Of a stretch of DNA of 64,000 bases, positions 1 through 10,382 are shown in pieces. Position numbers and translations under genes: made by a program. The notes beneath the pieces are model-generated. The model did no database searches, was not told the DNA's origin, and was given only the letters and a program-made list of their open reading frames with translations. The stretch comes from Nitrosopumilaceae archaeon (GTDB lineage Archaea; Thermoproteota; Nitrososphaeria; Nitrososphaerales; Nitrosopumilaceae): assembly GCA_965208905.1 (NCBI GenBank), contig OZ242365.1:384001-448000 (forward strand), read 5' to 3'. Positions within the stretch are counted from its first letter, which is position 1, and every line of letters starts with the position of its first letter.

Positions 1-4
1 TATT

Positions 5-772
5 ATGGCTGGGAAATTGTACATTGTGGGTGTGGGTCCTGGTCACCATGACCACATGACTTTTCGTGCCAAAGAGGCCATAGCAGAGAGTGACACCATT
101 GTAGGGTATACTACATATGTAAATCTGGTCGAAGATCTGATAGTAGATAAAGACGTATACAGGTACGCCATGACACAAGAGGTCGAGAGAGCTCATCAGT
201 GTATAGAGCTGGCAAAGTCTGGCAGTATTGTATCGTTGGTGTCCAGTGGAGACCCAGGAATATACGGTATGGCCGGTCTAATATACGAAGTACTGGCAAA
301 GTCTGGTTGGAATCCAGATACGGACCTTCCTGTGGAGATAATCCCTGGTGTTTCGGCTCTAAACTCCTGCTCTGCCATAATAGGCTCCCCATTAATGGCC
401 GACTTTGCCGTTCTAAGTATGAGTGATTTACTAGTACCCTGGGAGATAATTACAAAACGTGTAGAGTCTGCTGCAGCAGGAGACTTTGTAATTGTAATAT
501 ATAATCCCGCCAGTAAGAAGCGCATTCACCAGCTGCAAGACTCTAGAAATATAATACTAAAGTATAGAAAACCCGAGACTCCTGTAGCCATAATAAAAGG
601 GGCATATAGAGACTCTCAGACTGTCATACTAACAACACTCGATGATCTTCCAAAACATTCAGAGCATCTAGGTATGATAAGCACTGTAATAGTTGGTAAC
701 TCATCCACATATACATACAAAGATCTAATGATAAACCCCCGCGGCTACAAATCAAAGTATAACATTACGTGA
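5..772 (+). CDS. cbiH: Precorrin-3B C17-methyltransferase (CbiH/CobJ), cobalamin synthesis
   Basis: Tetrapyrrole methylase motifs LYIVGVGPG, SSGDPGIYGM, IIPGVSA, SDLLVPW, YNPASKKR and C-terminal NPRGY. Confidence 0.92.
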   Translation: MAGKLYIVGVGPGHHDHMTFRAKEAIAESDTIVGYTTYVNLVEDLIVDKDVYRYAMTQEVERAHQCIELAKSGSIVSLVSSGDPGIYGMAGLIYEVLAKSGWNPDTDLPVEIIPGVSALNSCSAIIGSPLMADFAVLSMSDLLVPWEIITKRVESAAAGDFVIVIYNPASKKRIHQLQDSRNIILKYRKPETPVAIIKGAYRDSQTVILTTLDDLPKHSEHLGMISTVIVGNSSTYTYKDLMINPRGYKSKYNIT

Positions 773-1805
773 TGGTTCTCTGAATATCACTGTATAATTC
801 ATCATTTAGTGGTATTTTGTCTCGTATTGGCTGTAATATTTCAATTAAATTATCCGATACGGTCTTTTTTAAATCGGCAGGATGTATCTTTTTAGCAGCA
901 AAGTCATTCTGTAGATCATCAAAGTTGTAATATGACATATTGCCGCCAAACTTTTCAGGTCTGTATATTGTTATGTCGTCCCGCCTGTGAAATATTATAT
1001 TTTGTAGAATCTCCAGCAATGGATTGTTCTGTGTATGACCTTGTGGGCACCATGCTCGGGATATCTTTGTTGCAATCTCTTTGTTAGTGTCATGTATTAG
1101 TATACCCGAGTTGGGATCCGACTTGCTCATCTTGCCGGGTATCTTTGTATCTGTGGGCGCCGACAGGCCAGGTAACAGTTTGTGATGTATAGCAACAGGC
1201 ACCTTCCAGTCTACCTTTGGAAATATATCGCGAACCACCATGTGAATTCTTCTCTGATCCATACCTGCATGTACTATATCCAAGTCCAGCATGTGAATGT
1301 CTGTTGCCTGCATGGGAGGATATAGTAGTTTTGCCAGATCAAGGTTGTCCGAGTCGGTCCTGCCCATTATTGTGATTGCCCTTCTGGTTCGTGCCAGACT
1401 CAAATGTTTTGTAAAACGTACAAAATCAGACCAGTACTCTCTTTTATCATCATAAAGGTCTGTTCCCAGTATAATATTTACACCCGGGCAGACCACCTCA
1501 AATGCTCGTTTGTAGTATTTGGCCACTTTAGATATAATATCCCAGTTGCCTTCTAGTTTGTCGTTGATAAAAGTGTGCCAGTCGGCCAGAAATATAGTAC
1601 ATCTTACGCCAGCGCTCATCATATCGTTTATCTTAAAGCCTGTACTGATTAGGCTGCCCAGATGTAGAAATCCGGATATCTCTAAGCCGATGTAGTGTTT
1701 TGGAGAATCGTTTGTCTGAAAGAGGTTTACCAGCTCGTCTCTTGTAACTACCTCTTGTGTGGGTGGCTCGTACATTAAACGTATCTTCTCTTCTATATCC
1801 ACCAT
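765..1805 (-). CDS. tyrS: Tyrosine--tRNA ligase (archaeal type)
   Basis: YIGLEISG-x-HLGS (HIGH-like), LADWH, YPPMQATD, AGMDQR and KMSKS motifs. Confidence 0.93.
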   Translation of the reverse strand: MVDIEEKIRLMYEPPTQEVVTRDELVNLFQTNDSPKHYIGLEISGFLHLGSLISTGFKINDMMSAGVRCTIFLADWHTFINDKLEGNWDIISKVAKYYKRAFEVVCPGVNIILGTDLYDDKREYWSDFVRFTKHLSLARTRRAITIMGRTDSDNLDLAKLLYPPMQATDIHMLDLDIVHAGMDQRRIHMVVRDIFPKVDWKVPVAIHHKLLPGLSAPTDTKIPGKMSKSDPNSGILIHDTNKEIATKISRAWCPQGHTQNNPLLEILQNIIFHRRDDITIYRPEKFGGNMSYYNFDDLQNDFAAKKIHPADLKKTVSDNLIEILQPIRDKIPLNDELYSDIQRTIT

Positions 1806-1884
1806 GATTGTATGTATGAGAAATTGTATAAACCTATGTTCTATGATTTGTCAATTTTTATACGGAGAGTAAAAAGATGTAGTC

Positions 1885-2442
1885 ATGCCTGAGCATCTAG
1901 AAGAGACCGATGCCGCTTACAAGGTGTATCTGTACATATTTTATGTATGTGGCGCCATAATGCTTGGTATAACCATCTTTGGGTTTTATCATTCCACTAT
2001 AGAATGGTTGGAGAATGGCACTTATGTGATGGGTGAGGTAATACATAATACCACAATACCCTTTGAGAACTTTGCCCGACTATCCACCTGGTTGTTCTTT
2101 TCCAGTATAATAGGGTGGTACTGTGTCTCCCGAATAGGTTGGAAGAGGACGGTTGCAGGTAAGATTTCTAGCCGGAGAATGGCGCTACTCCAGTTAATGT
2201 TACTGGGCCTTTTGATAATATCACTATACGAGGTGCTCTACAACTTTACCGTATTAAATGCAAAAATATCTGCGGGTGTCATAAATGGTGTAGTTCCCGA
2301 TATAGATAGATTATACGTGGCGTATCCGGATGCTAACGCTCCATGGAACCTGGTATTTGCAACAAAGGTATTTCTGGCTGCATTATTAATTAGCGCTCAT
2401 GCATTCTATCTTAGTACACGCCCCCGCAAAATTCTAAAATAA
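1885..2442 (+). CDS. Hypothetical multi-pass membrane protein
   Basis: 185-aa ORF with about 4 hydrophobic segments; TATA-like TTTTTATA upstream. Confidence 0.7.
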   Translation: MPEHLEETDAAYKVYLYIFYVCGAIMLGITIFGFYHSTIEWLENGTYVMGEVIHNTTIPFENFARLSTWLFFSSIIGWYCVSRIGWKRTVAGKISSRRMALLQLMLLGLLIISLYEVLYNFTVLNAKISAGVINGVVPDIDRLYVAYPDANAPWNLVFATKVFLAALLISAHAFYLSTRPRKILK

Positions 2443-2461
2443 CTCTCGTTATTCTAATAAA

Positions 2462-3562
2462 ATGATGTTTGATGATTACATACCAATTAATCGTCCCATA
2501 CTAGGTGATGCCGAGATTGATGCTGCTACATCTGTGATAAAGTCTGGCATATTGACATCACCCAAACCTGAAGGTGGGGAGATGGTACAGAGATTAGAGG
2601 GGGCAGTCTGTGACTTTACAGGGGCTCAGTATGCAGTGGCAGTAAATTCAGGTACTGTGGCTCTGCAGGCGGCATTACTGTCACTAAACATAGGACCAAA
2701 CGACGAGGTGATAGTTCCATCATTTACTTATGTAGCCACGGCCAATGCAGTAAGATCGGTGGGAGCTACGCCGGTCTTTGCAGATATATCATTAGACAAC
2801 TATACAATAAGTCCAGATGCCATACGGGATTGTATTACAAGTCGTACTACAGCCATCATACCTGTACATCTGTACGGATTGGTCGCAGACATAAGACAGA
2901 TACAAGAGATATCTGGCAGTATTCCAGTTATAGAGGATGCGGCCCAATCGTTGGGCTCCACCATGTATAATAGACATACAGGTACGCTGGCAGACGTGGG
3001 ATGTTATAGTCTATACCCGGGCAAGGTGGCTACTGCAGGGGAGGGGGGCATAATAGTAACTAATGATCATAAAACATATGAAAGTCTACTGGCCATACGC
3101 AACCACGGCAATGTACGAGGTACTTTTGCAACCTTTGGCATAAATGCTCGTATGCCCGAGGTGTCTGCTGCCATTGCTTGTGTTCAGATTGAGAAGCTGC
3201 CATCATTCTTGGATATACGTCGGCGGAATGCTGCCATATTGAATAGTAGTTTAGATAGTGATGTGGTGAGGTTTCCTGTAATACGGTCTGGCGAGAGCCC
3301 AAACTGGAATCTATATACTGTATCTATAAGGGCACGCGATAAACTACTTTCTACATTAAATCAGAATAATGTGGGCGCCGCCATTTACTACAAGACACCC
3401 ATACATAGGATGTCGCATTACTCATCTAAAACTATACTGCCACATACTGATGAGGCCGCTGCCAATGTAATGTCTATACCCGTCCATCCTGCAATAACGC
3501 CTGATGATATATCAGGGATCTCCAGAATAATCAATAACCACTCTTTTGACGCTGTACATTGA
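2462..3562 (+). CDS. DegT/DnrJ/EryC1/StrS family PLP-dependent aminotransferase
   Basis: AVNSGT, PSFTYVATANA, PVHLYG, IEDAAQ, SLYPGK and GEGG motifs. Confidence 0.92.
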   Translation: MMFDDYIPINRPILGDAEIDAATSVIKSGILTSPKPEGGEMVQRLEGAVCDFTGAQYAVAVNSGTVALQAALLSLNIGPNDEVIVPSFTYVATANAVRSVGATPVFADISLDNYTISPDAIRDCITSRTTAIIPVHLYGLVADIRQIQEISGSIPVIEDAAQSLGSTMYNRHTGTLADVGCYSLYPGKVATAGEGGIIVTNDHKTYESLLAIRNHGNVRGTFATFGINARMPEVSAAIACVQIEKLPSFLDIRRRNAAILNSSLDSDVVRFPVIRSGESPNWNLYTVSIRARDKLLSTLNQNNVGAAIYYKTPIHRMSHYSSKTILPHTDEAAANVMSIPVHPAITPDDISGISRIINNHSFDAVH

Positions 3563-4754
3563 TGTGATTCTTCTTTGTGTATTCGTCTAGTATGTCTTGA
3601 GGCGACATTCCCAGCTCTATGGACGCCTGTACTACAAAGTGCCAGATATCGGCCAACTCTTCCCGGGCAGCCGCATCATCAAATGGTACGGGCCTCTTCC
3701 ACCACTTCCAGTCTGTCAGTCGTTGCAACTCGACCGCCTCGTGTATTATAGCTGTACATAGAGCAGAAACTCTCTTGTTGTTATCATCTGGATACCTGCT
3801 AGAGTCCATTATGGATGCTAGGCTCTTTTGCATTCTGAATATCTCACTTAGTCTATCATCATACATGGATATCATTGAGCTGTATCTTTTGGTACGGTCT
3901 TGAATGTCTGGGGGGGTGAGGTGTAATAGTCCTGTTATATTGTATTGTTCTACTGTGATGGAACCCACCACGTTGCCGTATATGCAGGCTCGTCTCAAAT
4001 TCTCCATACTTACAGTGTTTGTGGAGTTTAAGTATCCCATCACAGCTCCGGCAAAGGAGTCACCAGCTCCGGTGGGGTCTTGTAGCCTGTCTATGGGAAA
4101 TCCTGGAAGTGAATATGTATGGTTATTATGAAATAGTAGTGAGCCATGCTCGGCCTTTTTTATTATTACATATTTTGCGCCCCAACCCTGTATAGTATCT
4201 GCGCACTCTTTTAGGTTATATCTATCTGTAAGAAGGCGCGCCTCATCTTCGTTTATTATAACGGCATCGACCATCTGTATCAACTCTATTATTCTGTCTG
4301 GTACAGACTTTATCCAGTGTTGTATGGTATCACACATCACAAACTTTGGTGCATCAAACTGTTGTAGTATTGCAATGTGTTGGTTCGGGTCAGTATTTGC
4401 CAGATATACAAACTCAGACTTTTTGTATTGTGAAGGGAGATGTGGTTCATAATTTAGTGATACGTTAGGCTCCACGAGTATGTCTATACGGTCCTTAAAG
4501 TTGTTCTCGTAGCGGGCCTCATATCTGAATGTCTTTCCTTCTCTTGTGTCTATACCAGATGTGTTTACTATACCAGACAGTACATCTATGTATGATTTGG
4601 GAAAGTCTGTTCCTGCCACCGCCACTAAATTGGTCTTTGAGAAGCGGCTGGCGGCCAAGGCCGCATATGTGGATGAACCCCCCAAGGCTTCTTTATACGT
4701 ATGATTAGGTGTATGAATGGTATCAAGCACCATCGAGCCAAATATTGTTAACAT
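3531..4754 (-). CDS. PfkB-family carbohydrate kinase fused in frame to a C-terminal all-alpha (dimeric) dUTPase-like domain
   Basis: N-terminal GGSSTY, NEDEA and DPTGAGDSF (PfkB); C-terminal HEAVEL...WKWWK...EELADIWHF...KKNHINVQRQKSGY (dUTPase_2/MazG-like). Start moved to the ATG at 4754. Confidence 0.85.
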   Translation of the reverse strand: MLTIFGSMVLDTIHTPNHTYKEALGGSSTYAALAASRFSKTNLVAVAGTDFPKSYIDVLSGIVNTSGIDTREGKTFRYEARYENNFKDRIDILVEPNVSLNYEPHLPSQYKKSEFVYLANTDPNQHIAILQQFDAPKFVMCDTIQHWIKSVPDRIIELIQMVDAVIINEDEARLLTDRYNLKECADTIQGWGAKYVIIKKAEHGSLLFHNNHTYSLPGFPIDRLQDPTGAGDSFAGAVMGYLNSTNTVSMENLRRACIYGNVVGSITVEQYNITGLLHLTPPDIQDRTKRYSSMISMYDDRLSEIFRMQKSLASIMDSSRYPDDNNKRVSALCTAIIHEAVELQRLTDWKWWKRPVPFDDAAAREELADIWHFVVQASIELGMSPQDILDEYTKKNHINVQRQKSGY

Positions 4755-4758
4755 TGTA

Positions 4759-4941
4759 TTACACACCACATTTTGTGCATGTCTCAAAGATTGTACCGTC
4801 TAGATGATCAAAGTGAGTTCCACATGTTTTACATGTATGATGCATGTCATAGTATCCGTCCTGTTCGGTTGGCCCTACCTTTTGTGATGTCAAGTCTGTA
4901 CTTTTACATCGTATACAACGGCAGCCGCATTTTGGTGTCAT
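4759..4941 (-). CDS. Small Cys/His-rich zinc-binding protein
   Basis: 60 aa with CxCxCxxC, HxCxxC and CxxC; co-oriented and 4 bp from the pfkB gene start. Confidence 0.65.
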   Translation of the reverse strand: MTPKCGCRCIRCKSTDLTSQKVGPTEQDGYYDMHHTCKTCGTHFDHLDGTIFETCTKCGV

Positions 4942-4995
4942 GTATGGTATTGTATTAGTTAGAGTCTATATACGTATAATGTCTATCTATAATAG

Positions 4996-5151
4996 ATGGA
5001 TGAGGAGCGTATAATACCTGAAGAGATAGATGATCATTTCAAAATGTATGGCAAAGAGCCTTGGGAGATTGAATACACCAACAAATGTTCGTTGTGCGGT
5101 TCTCGGATTGACGAGTACGGTTTCTGCTCTTGTGGTTCCTGCGGTGAGTAG
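4996..5151 (+). CDS. Small zinc-ribbon microprotein (51 aa, absent from the ORF track)
   Basis: Manual translation MDEERIIPEEIDDHFKMYGKEPWEIEYTNKCSLCGSRIDEYGFCSCGSCGE; TATA-like TATATA about 25 bp upstream. Confidence 0.65.
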   Translation: MDEERIIPEEIDDHFKMYGKEPWEIEYTNKCSLCGSRIDEYGFCSCGSCGE

Positions 5152-5210
5152 ATCAAGATTTATTGATGGTCTGTATTATTGCAGAGTTTTCGTTTTAGTG
5201 GTGTGTACTA

Positions 5211-5687
5211 TCATTGTATAGTAACTTTGAGCATCTTGGCTTCCTGCAAAGGGCAGTCGTTGCTGTCTCGGGGCAGGTTGACTATCTTGTCGGCCACATC
5301 CATGCCAGAGACTACCTCGCCAAATACGGTATACTGACGGTCTAAGAATGCTGAGTCTGTAGTCACTATAAAGAACTGTGAGCCTGCGCTGTCAGGGTCT
5401 TGCGCTCTAGCCATGGATACTATTCCTCTCTTGTGTGAGCGAGAGTTAAACTCGGCCTTTATGGTGTAGCCTGGACCTCCCTGGCCCCATGTGCGTTTAT
5501 TATTTGTTTTAGTGTTGGGGTCTCCGCCCTGTATCATAAAGCCGGGTATAACGCGGTGAAAGAGTGTGTTATTGTAAAAGTTGGATTTTGCCAGAGATTC
5601 AAAGTTTCTTACGGTTTCGGGTGCCAATTCAGGCAATAAATGAAAGGATATTGTTCCATGATTCGTCTCTATTACAACTATACTCAT
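5211..5687 (-). CDS. Cyclophilin-type peptidyl-prolyl cis-trans isomerase
   Basis: FHRVIPGFMIQGGDP, SMARA, SAGSQFFI and YTVFGEV motifs. Confidence 0.95.
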   Translation of the reverse strand: MSIVVIETNHGTISFHLLPELAPETVRNFESLAKSNFYNNTLFHRVIPGFMIQGGDPNTKTNNKRTWGQGGPGYTIKAEFNSRSHKRGIVSMARAQDPDSAGSQFFIVTTDSAFLDRQYTVFGEVVSGMDVADKIVNLPRDSNDCPLQEAKMLKVTIQ

Positions 5688-5810
5688 TGAATTTTTGTCT
5701 TAACTACATAATAATAGTGTATACTTGTTTGAAATATATGATCAAAAACTCTATAGATCATGGTAAAAAATGGGTAATACCCATCATATGGTCATAAAAA
5801 ATTTAGTATT

Positions 5811-7481
5811 TTATTGTCCTGGCGTGCATTCTCCACCCGTTACGGTGTCATATGTGAACTGTATCACTAATTCTGAACCGGAGATTGCCTTACCTTCTAT
5901 CGTCAAGTCCGCGTCTTCAAACTCTATTGGATAACTATACTTCTCGTTTAGTATTGAGGTGTTGTCTGCAAATGTGAACTCTGCCTTTGTATCATCGCCA
6001 ACCTTTAACTCCATAGTAACAAAGTTGTTAAAGTCAGCAGCACCACTAATACCTGCAGTAACATCTGTAATCCTTACAGTGTTAAGGTCACAATCTAAAG
6101 ATGAGCCATATGTTTCTATTATATCTGCATCTGGTCCCGAAGGTATTGTCGGACTCACAAATACTATCTGATCAACGTTATCAAGTGGAGCTACATCTGC
6201 TGGGGTTATCCTACATTTAGCATCTGCAGCTTCAGAGTGATAGTTTACTGTTACTGAATATACAGTGGCAGCACCAAGTTGTGCTTTGGTAGCGTTCAAA
6301 TTCGTGGCGGTAAGGCCTGTAAGGGCGGTGAACTCAGTCGCTAATGTATCAGCAGTATCACCGATACCCGTAGCATTAGCGGTATTCAACATTGTTTTTG
6401 CATAATGAAATAGTGCAGTTTGTCCAGTACCAGTAATCGCATCACTTTGCTCTGTCGTGGATTTAAATGTCAACGTCTTGCCGGCCTTTAGTTCCATAAG
6501 CTCAAAGTCATGTGCATTGTCATATACTGTGGGACTAGTAATTGTTCCACCAAACTTACTATCAAATAGTACGTTACCACCAACATACAAGGTAGCATCT
6601 GGCTCATTAGCATCGGCAGTTGCATTATAATACACTGGGTTGGCAACATGATCATTGCTTGTCAGAGACCCAGCTCCAGTCCCATTGTACTTGAGTGTGA
6701 TGCTGTTTGTTCCACTAGCAAGAGCACCTTCAGTACCCGCACCAATGGTAGAGCTCACAGTACCAATAAAGACATCAGATTCGCAAGTAAAGTGGTATTC
6801 GGTCGTGTATTTGTTATCTGTGGGTGCTTCGCTTAGTCTATGAGCATACCACGCCAGTTTGACTTCTTGTTCAACTTTATCGTTGGACAGCTGTTCAGGT
6901 GCTGATCCAACTACGGCCTGGGCGGTCTCCTTGACTAAACCTAACTCACCCTGTATTGATTCAACCTCGGTCTGAATTGTAGCAAGTGTACTACTAAACT
7001 CATTAAGTTGGGTCGTTATAGAATCAACCTTATCTGCAAGGTCTCCTACACTGGCATCTCCTGCCAATGTAGATATTTTGTTTTGTATGTCTGGCAAAGC
7101 ATCTGACAGACTTTCAATCTGTGCTTTGAGTTCTGCAGAGTCACTTGCTCTTGTTGTGGCGTAGTTATCAAGTTTGTCCTCAAGTGTATCTACCTTTGCA
7201 CTAGTGGCCATTACATCATCAGATAAATCAGATATTTCACCCGATATTGTGGTTATCTCTGCAGCAACCATATTAAGGGCATCTGTTATAGGTGTAAATT
7301 GACTACCGAAGTTGTTCCAAATTTCGGTAAGTTGTGCAACTTTACTATTAGTATCAGAAGTAGTATCGACAACGGTCGCTAATCTCTCTGTATTTGTCTG
7401 CGCAAAAGCGTCATTAATCGTCACTGCTCCTGCAATCATTACAGCTGATAACAGGAGTGCATGAAATGTTTTTACTTTCAT
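5811..7481 (-). CDS. Large secreted/surface protein: signal peptide, N-terminal coiled coil, Thr/Ala/Asp-rich beta region
   Basis: Signal peptide ending in AFAQ, heptad-rich residues ~30-190, strong TATA box upstream. Confidence 0.75.
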   Translation of the reverse strand: MKVKTFHALLLSAVMIAGAVTINDAFAQTNTERLATVVDTTSDTNSKVAQLTEIWNNFGSQFTPITDALNMVAAEITTISGEISDLSDDVMATSAKVDTLEDKLDNYATTRASDSAELKAQIESLSDALPDIQNKISTLAGDASVGDLADKVDSITTQLNEFSSTLATIQTEVESIQGELGLVKETAQAVVGSAPEQLSNDKVEQEVKLAWYAHRLSEAPTDNKYTTEYHFTCESDVFIGTVSSTIGAGTEGALASGTNSITLKYNGTGAGSLTSNDHVANPVYYNATADANEPDATLYVGGNVLFDSKFGGTITSPTVYDNAHDFELMELKAGKTLTFKSTTEQSDAITGTGQTALFHYAKTMLNTANATGIGDTADTLATEFTALTGLTATNLNATKAQLGAATVYSVTVNYHSEAADAKCRITPADVAPLDNVDQIVFVSPTIPSGPDADIIETYGSSLDCDLNTVRITDVTAGISGAADFNNFVTMELKVGDDTKAEFTFADNTSILNEKYSYPIEFEDADLTIEGKAISGSELVIQFTYDTVTGGECTPGQ

Positions 7482-8138
7482 TTTACATAGATAAACTACT
7501 GTTTTTATATAAACATAATGGATAATGTACTATAAATTTTATCAAAATAGTATAGGTCACCCATCGTATGATGACTGTACAGGCCAGACAGCATTAGAGC
7601 ATTACGATGTACTCAACGGCGGTAAAATATCAAATAGTTCCCCAGAACACTACATCCAAATGCTCTACAATTTTTCTGTCCAAATCTCAGTAAAGTTTAC
7701 CTTCGGCACTCTGCCAGATTTGGAGCAGCCGCATCAAACCAAGGGAACCATATATTCAAGTAAACACGCGTGGTATGCACGTACCTCCCCTAGTGCTTCT
7801 TGGTGCTTGATGTCTTGGGAGCCGTCTGGCGAATGGCCGCATTCTAGACTTTGTAAACATGATGTGGTGTGTTGCAGCTTGGCGAATCTCCCGGGCAGGT
7901 CGTGTGTGGTGTGTATAGTAGCCGTTGGGCGGGCCACAGTATACACAAAGCGCTGGGCATCTTGTGTAATGCTGGCATGGCGCGCTTGCGAGTTGTACGG
8001 GAGCCGCCCGGGCAACATATGGTGGCACAGTAGCCTCCTTGAAAAATGTGAAACTATGATATTAGGTGTATTCACTCAAATGTATAACTCCTAAACCGAA
8101 TAGAGCCTCTTTAAATACACAATAAATGAGCTTAGTGT

Positions 8139-8384
8139 ATGAGTAAGCCTCAAAGCCAGACCATAAAAGACACAATCATGATACATCTAGGCGAGGGTAT
8201 TACAGATAAACAAGAGATATACACCAAAGTTGCTACAGCCCTAAAGGTTCCTAGGCCAACCGTACGTCGGGTAGCTGGAGACCTGCGTCGCGAAATCGAA
8301 GAGAAGATACAGAGTATGGAGGCACAAAGACAACATATTGAGGGGCAGTTAAGAGTATCCACAAAACCTGCAGGTACATCTTGA
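8139..8384 (+). CDS. Small HTH-like protein
   Basis: 81 aa with helix-turn-helix-like KQEIYTKVATALKVPRPTVRRV; TTTAAATA box about 25 bp upstream. Confidence 0.65.
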   Translation: MSKPQSQTIKDTIMIHLGEGITDKQEIYTKVATALKVPRPTVRRVAGDLRREIEEKIQSMEAQRQHIEGQLRVSTKPAGTS

Positions 8385-8459
8385 ACTATTAAAATCACAG
8401 AATGTTATAGAACAATAAGTGTCTGTTACATTTTTTAAACGTACTTTGGGCTTTAAAAT

Positions 8460-9089
8460 ATGAGACTATTTGTTATTGTTGTATGCCTCATTACAGTCTC
8501 ATACTTTGGGATGGCACATGCACATACTCTTGATTCATACGACAAGTACAGGTTAGAGATTGGGTGGGAGAACACCCCTCCCTACTCAGGCGAGGTCAAT
8601 GCCATTCTAATATATGTGAGCCCACTAGTCGAGGGAATAGAGTTGGAGGAGCAACCCTTCAAAGATGGTATTACCGGCTTGGAAGATACACTTAGGATGG
8701 AGGTGCTAAATCGTGACTCCAGCATCACCTTACTTCTTACGCCTTCGGAAATAGATGGTCTATATCGTACATTTGTCAAAATAGACAAAGCTGGTTTCTA
8801 TCAAGTCAATCTGATTGGAGATATACAGGGTACGCCCATCAGCCTCTCCATGCACCCGCCCCAAGTCATGAGCTCAGAGGACATATCTTTCCCACCCAAT
8901 TATGATATCATTGGCATAGAGTTGCAAGAGCAGTTAGACGCACTAAACGCCACATATAGTGCCGAATTAGACTCTCTTCGTAGTAGTATGGAAGGGCATA
9001 ATGCTTCATTGTTGGCCGCTCAGATTCTGGGAGGTGCCGGTATAATAGTAGGTATAATATCTTTGGTTCGCAGCCGCAAAGGTGCATAA
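8460..9089 (+). CDS. Exported protein with C-terminal membrane anchor
   Basis: Signal peptide followed by AHAH; C-terminal TM helix and basic tail. Confidence 0.75.
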   Translation: MRLFVIVVCLITVSYFGMAHAHTLDSYDKYRLEIGWENTPPYSGEVNAILIYVSPLVEGIELEEQPFKDGITGLEDTLRMEVLNRDSSITLLLTPSEIDGLYRTFVKIDKAGFYQVNLIGDIQGTPISLSMHPPQVMSSEDISFPPNYDIIGIELQEQLDALNATYSAELDSLRSSMEGHNASLLAAQILGGAGIIVGIISLVRSRKGA

Positions 9090-9428
9090 TGTCATGATTA
9101 GCAGTATTTGGTTGCGCAGGCAAATAGTAGAACCGGGAAGGGTATGCTGTATTATATTTGCAGGCATCATCTAAAACCGTTAATTGACTTCCAGTTTAGA
9201 GGTAAGATATCTGTTTAGCGCTCTAATATACACACGGCATGTGGTATGGCGGCGCAGAGCACAATGGCAGAACCATACACAAGGAGGCTGTACGTTATAT
9301 GTGATTTATTGTTGATATGTGCAAATTTTCAAAGTCGTAGAACATCAAAGGGTGATGGTATTTGAGATATTCGCTTGACTGTACCATTTTCCCAAATGAA
9401 CAAAAGGTCATATGGCATTGTGTAGACT

Positions 9429-10325
9429 CTATACGTCAATTACCAACAGGTCTTGAGCGGCAATCACTGAATCGTGTATGCGACAGGCCTCCTTTAGATG
9501 CGTATCAGCATCTTTGTATCTGGTAGAGAAGTGTGTAAGTATCAGATTTTTGACTTTGGCATCTTTAGCCAATGTTGCCGCTTCTTCTGATGTGGAGTGG
9601 CCTGTTTTAATGGCGCGTTGTGCCATATTACTGGCAAACGTAGAGTCAAATATTAGATAGTCACAGCCGGCAAAGAAGCGCCTCAGTTCAGGACTAGGCC
9701 TGGTATCTCCCGAATATCCTATCATCATACCAGGCCTAGATGGGCCTAGAACCTGTTCGGGCGTGACCTGGCCGCCCTGTATAGATATACTGTTGCCCTT
9801 TTGCAGTTCCCCCCACAAGATGCCCTCTGGTACTCCCAACTTGTGAGCTTTTTGTGTATCAAACCTGCCCGCTTTATCACGCTCTTTAAACAGATACGCA
9901 AGCGCCCGAATGCTATGATCTGCTACACAAGCATGTACTGCATATGATGCGGTCTCGCATATCTCGCCTTCAGTTATATCCTCAACAACGACCTCAAAGC
10001 GCGGCACAGTGCCCAACATACGCATATTCTCCTGAACAAACTTCTCTATACCTAGGGGTCCGTATATTGATAGTCTCTTGTCACGATCTTGTAAAGACAT
10101 GGTCTGTATCATGCCTAAAAGTCCCAGACAGTGATCTCCGTGCAGGTGGGATACAAATATGGACATTCTCTTATTCCAGCCCAAACCCGCTGTGCGATAA
10201 GATATCTGTGATCCCTCGCCAACATCAAACATCAATATCTCACCATCCCTCTGTACACATACACATGGGGAGGCGCGTTGCTCGGTAGGGACTGCAGCAG
10301 ATGTACCCAAAAATACAATCTTCAC
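9429..10325 (-). CDS. rnz: Ribonuclease Z
   Basis: FLGTSAAVP, DVGEG, SHLHGDH, exosite GVPEG, SGDTRP, HST and THFSTRY motifs. Confidence 0.95.
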   Translation of the reverse strand: MKIVFLGTSAAVPTEQRASPCVCVQRDGEILMFDVGEGSQISYRTAGLGWNKRMSIFVSHLHGDHCLGLLGMIQTMSLQDRDKRLSIYGPLGIEKFVQENMRMLGTVPRFEVVVEDITEGEICETASYAVHACVADHSIRALAYLFKERDKAGRFDTQKAHKLGVPEGILWGELQKGNSISIQGGQVTPEQVLGPSRPGMMIGYSGDTRPSPELRRFFAGCDYLIFDSTFASNMAQRAIKTGHSTSEEAATLAKDAKVKNLILTHFSTRYKDADTHLKEACRIHDSVIAAQDLLVIDV

Positions 10326-10382
10326 TATAGTGTAACATTATATCCTGCTTATTATCGGCATCGGTTCGGATTCTTCTTACAG

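Noticed and set aside
7525-8094. 189-aa ORF and its antisense ORFs
   Set aside because: Atypical Cys/Trp/His-rich composition and no recognisable motif; treated as decayed DNA.
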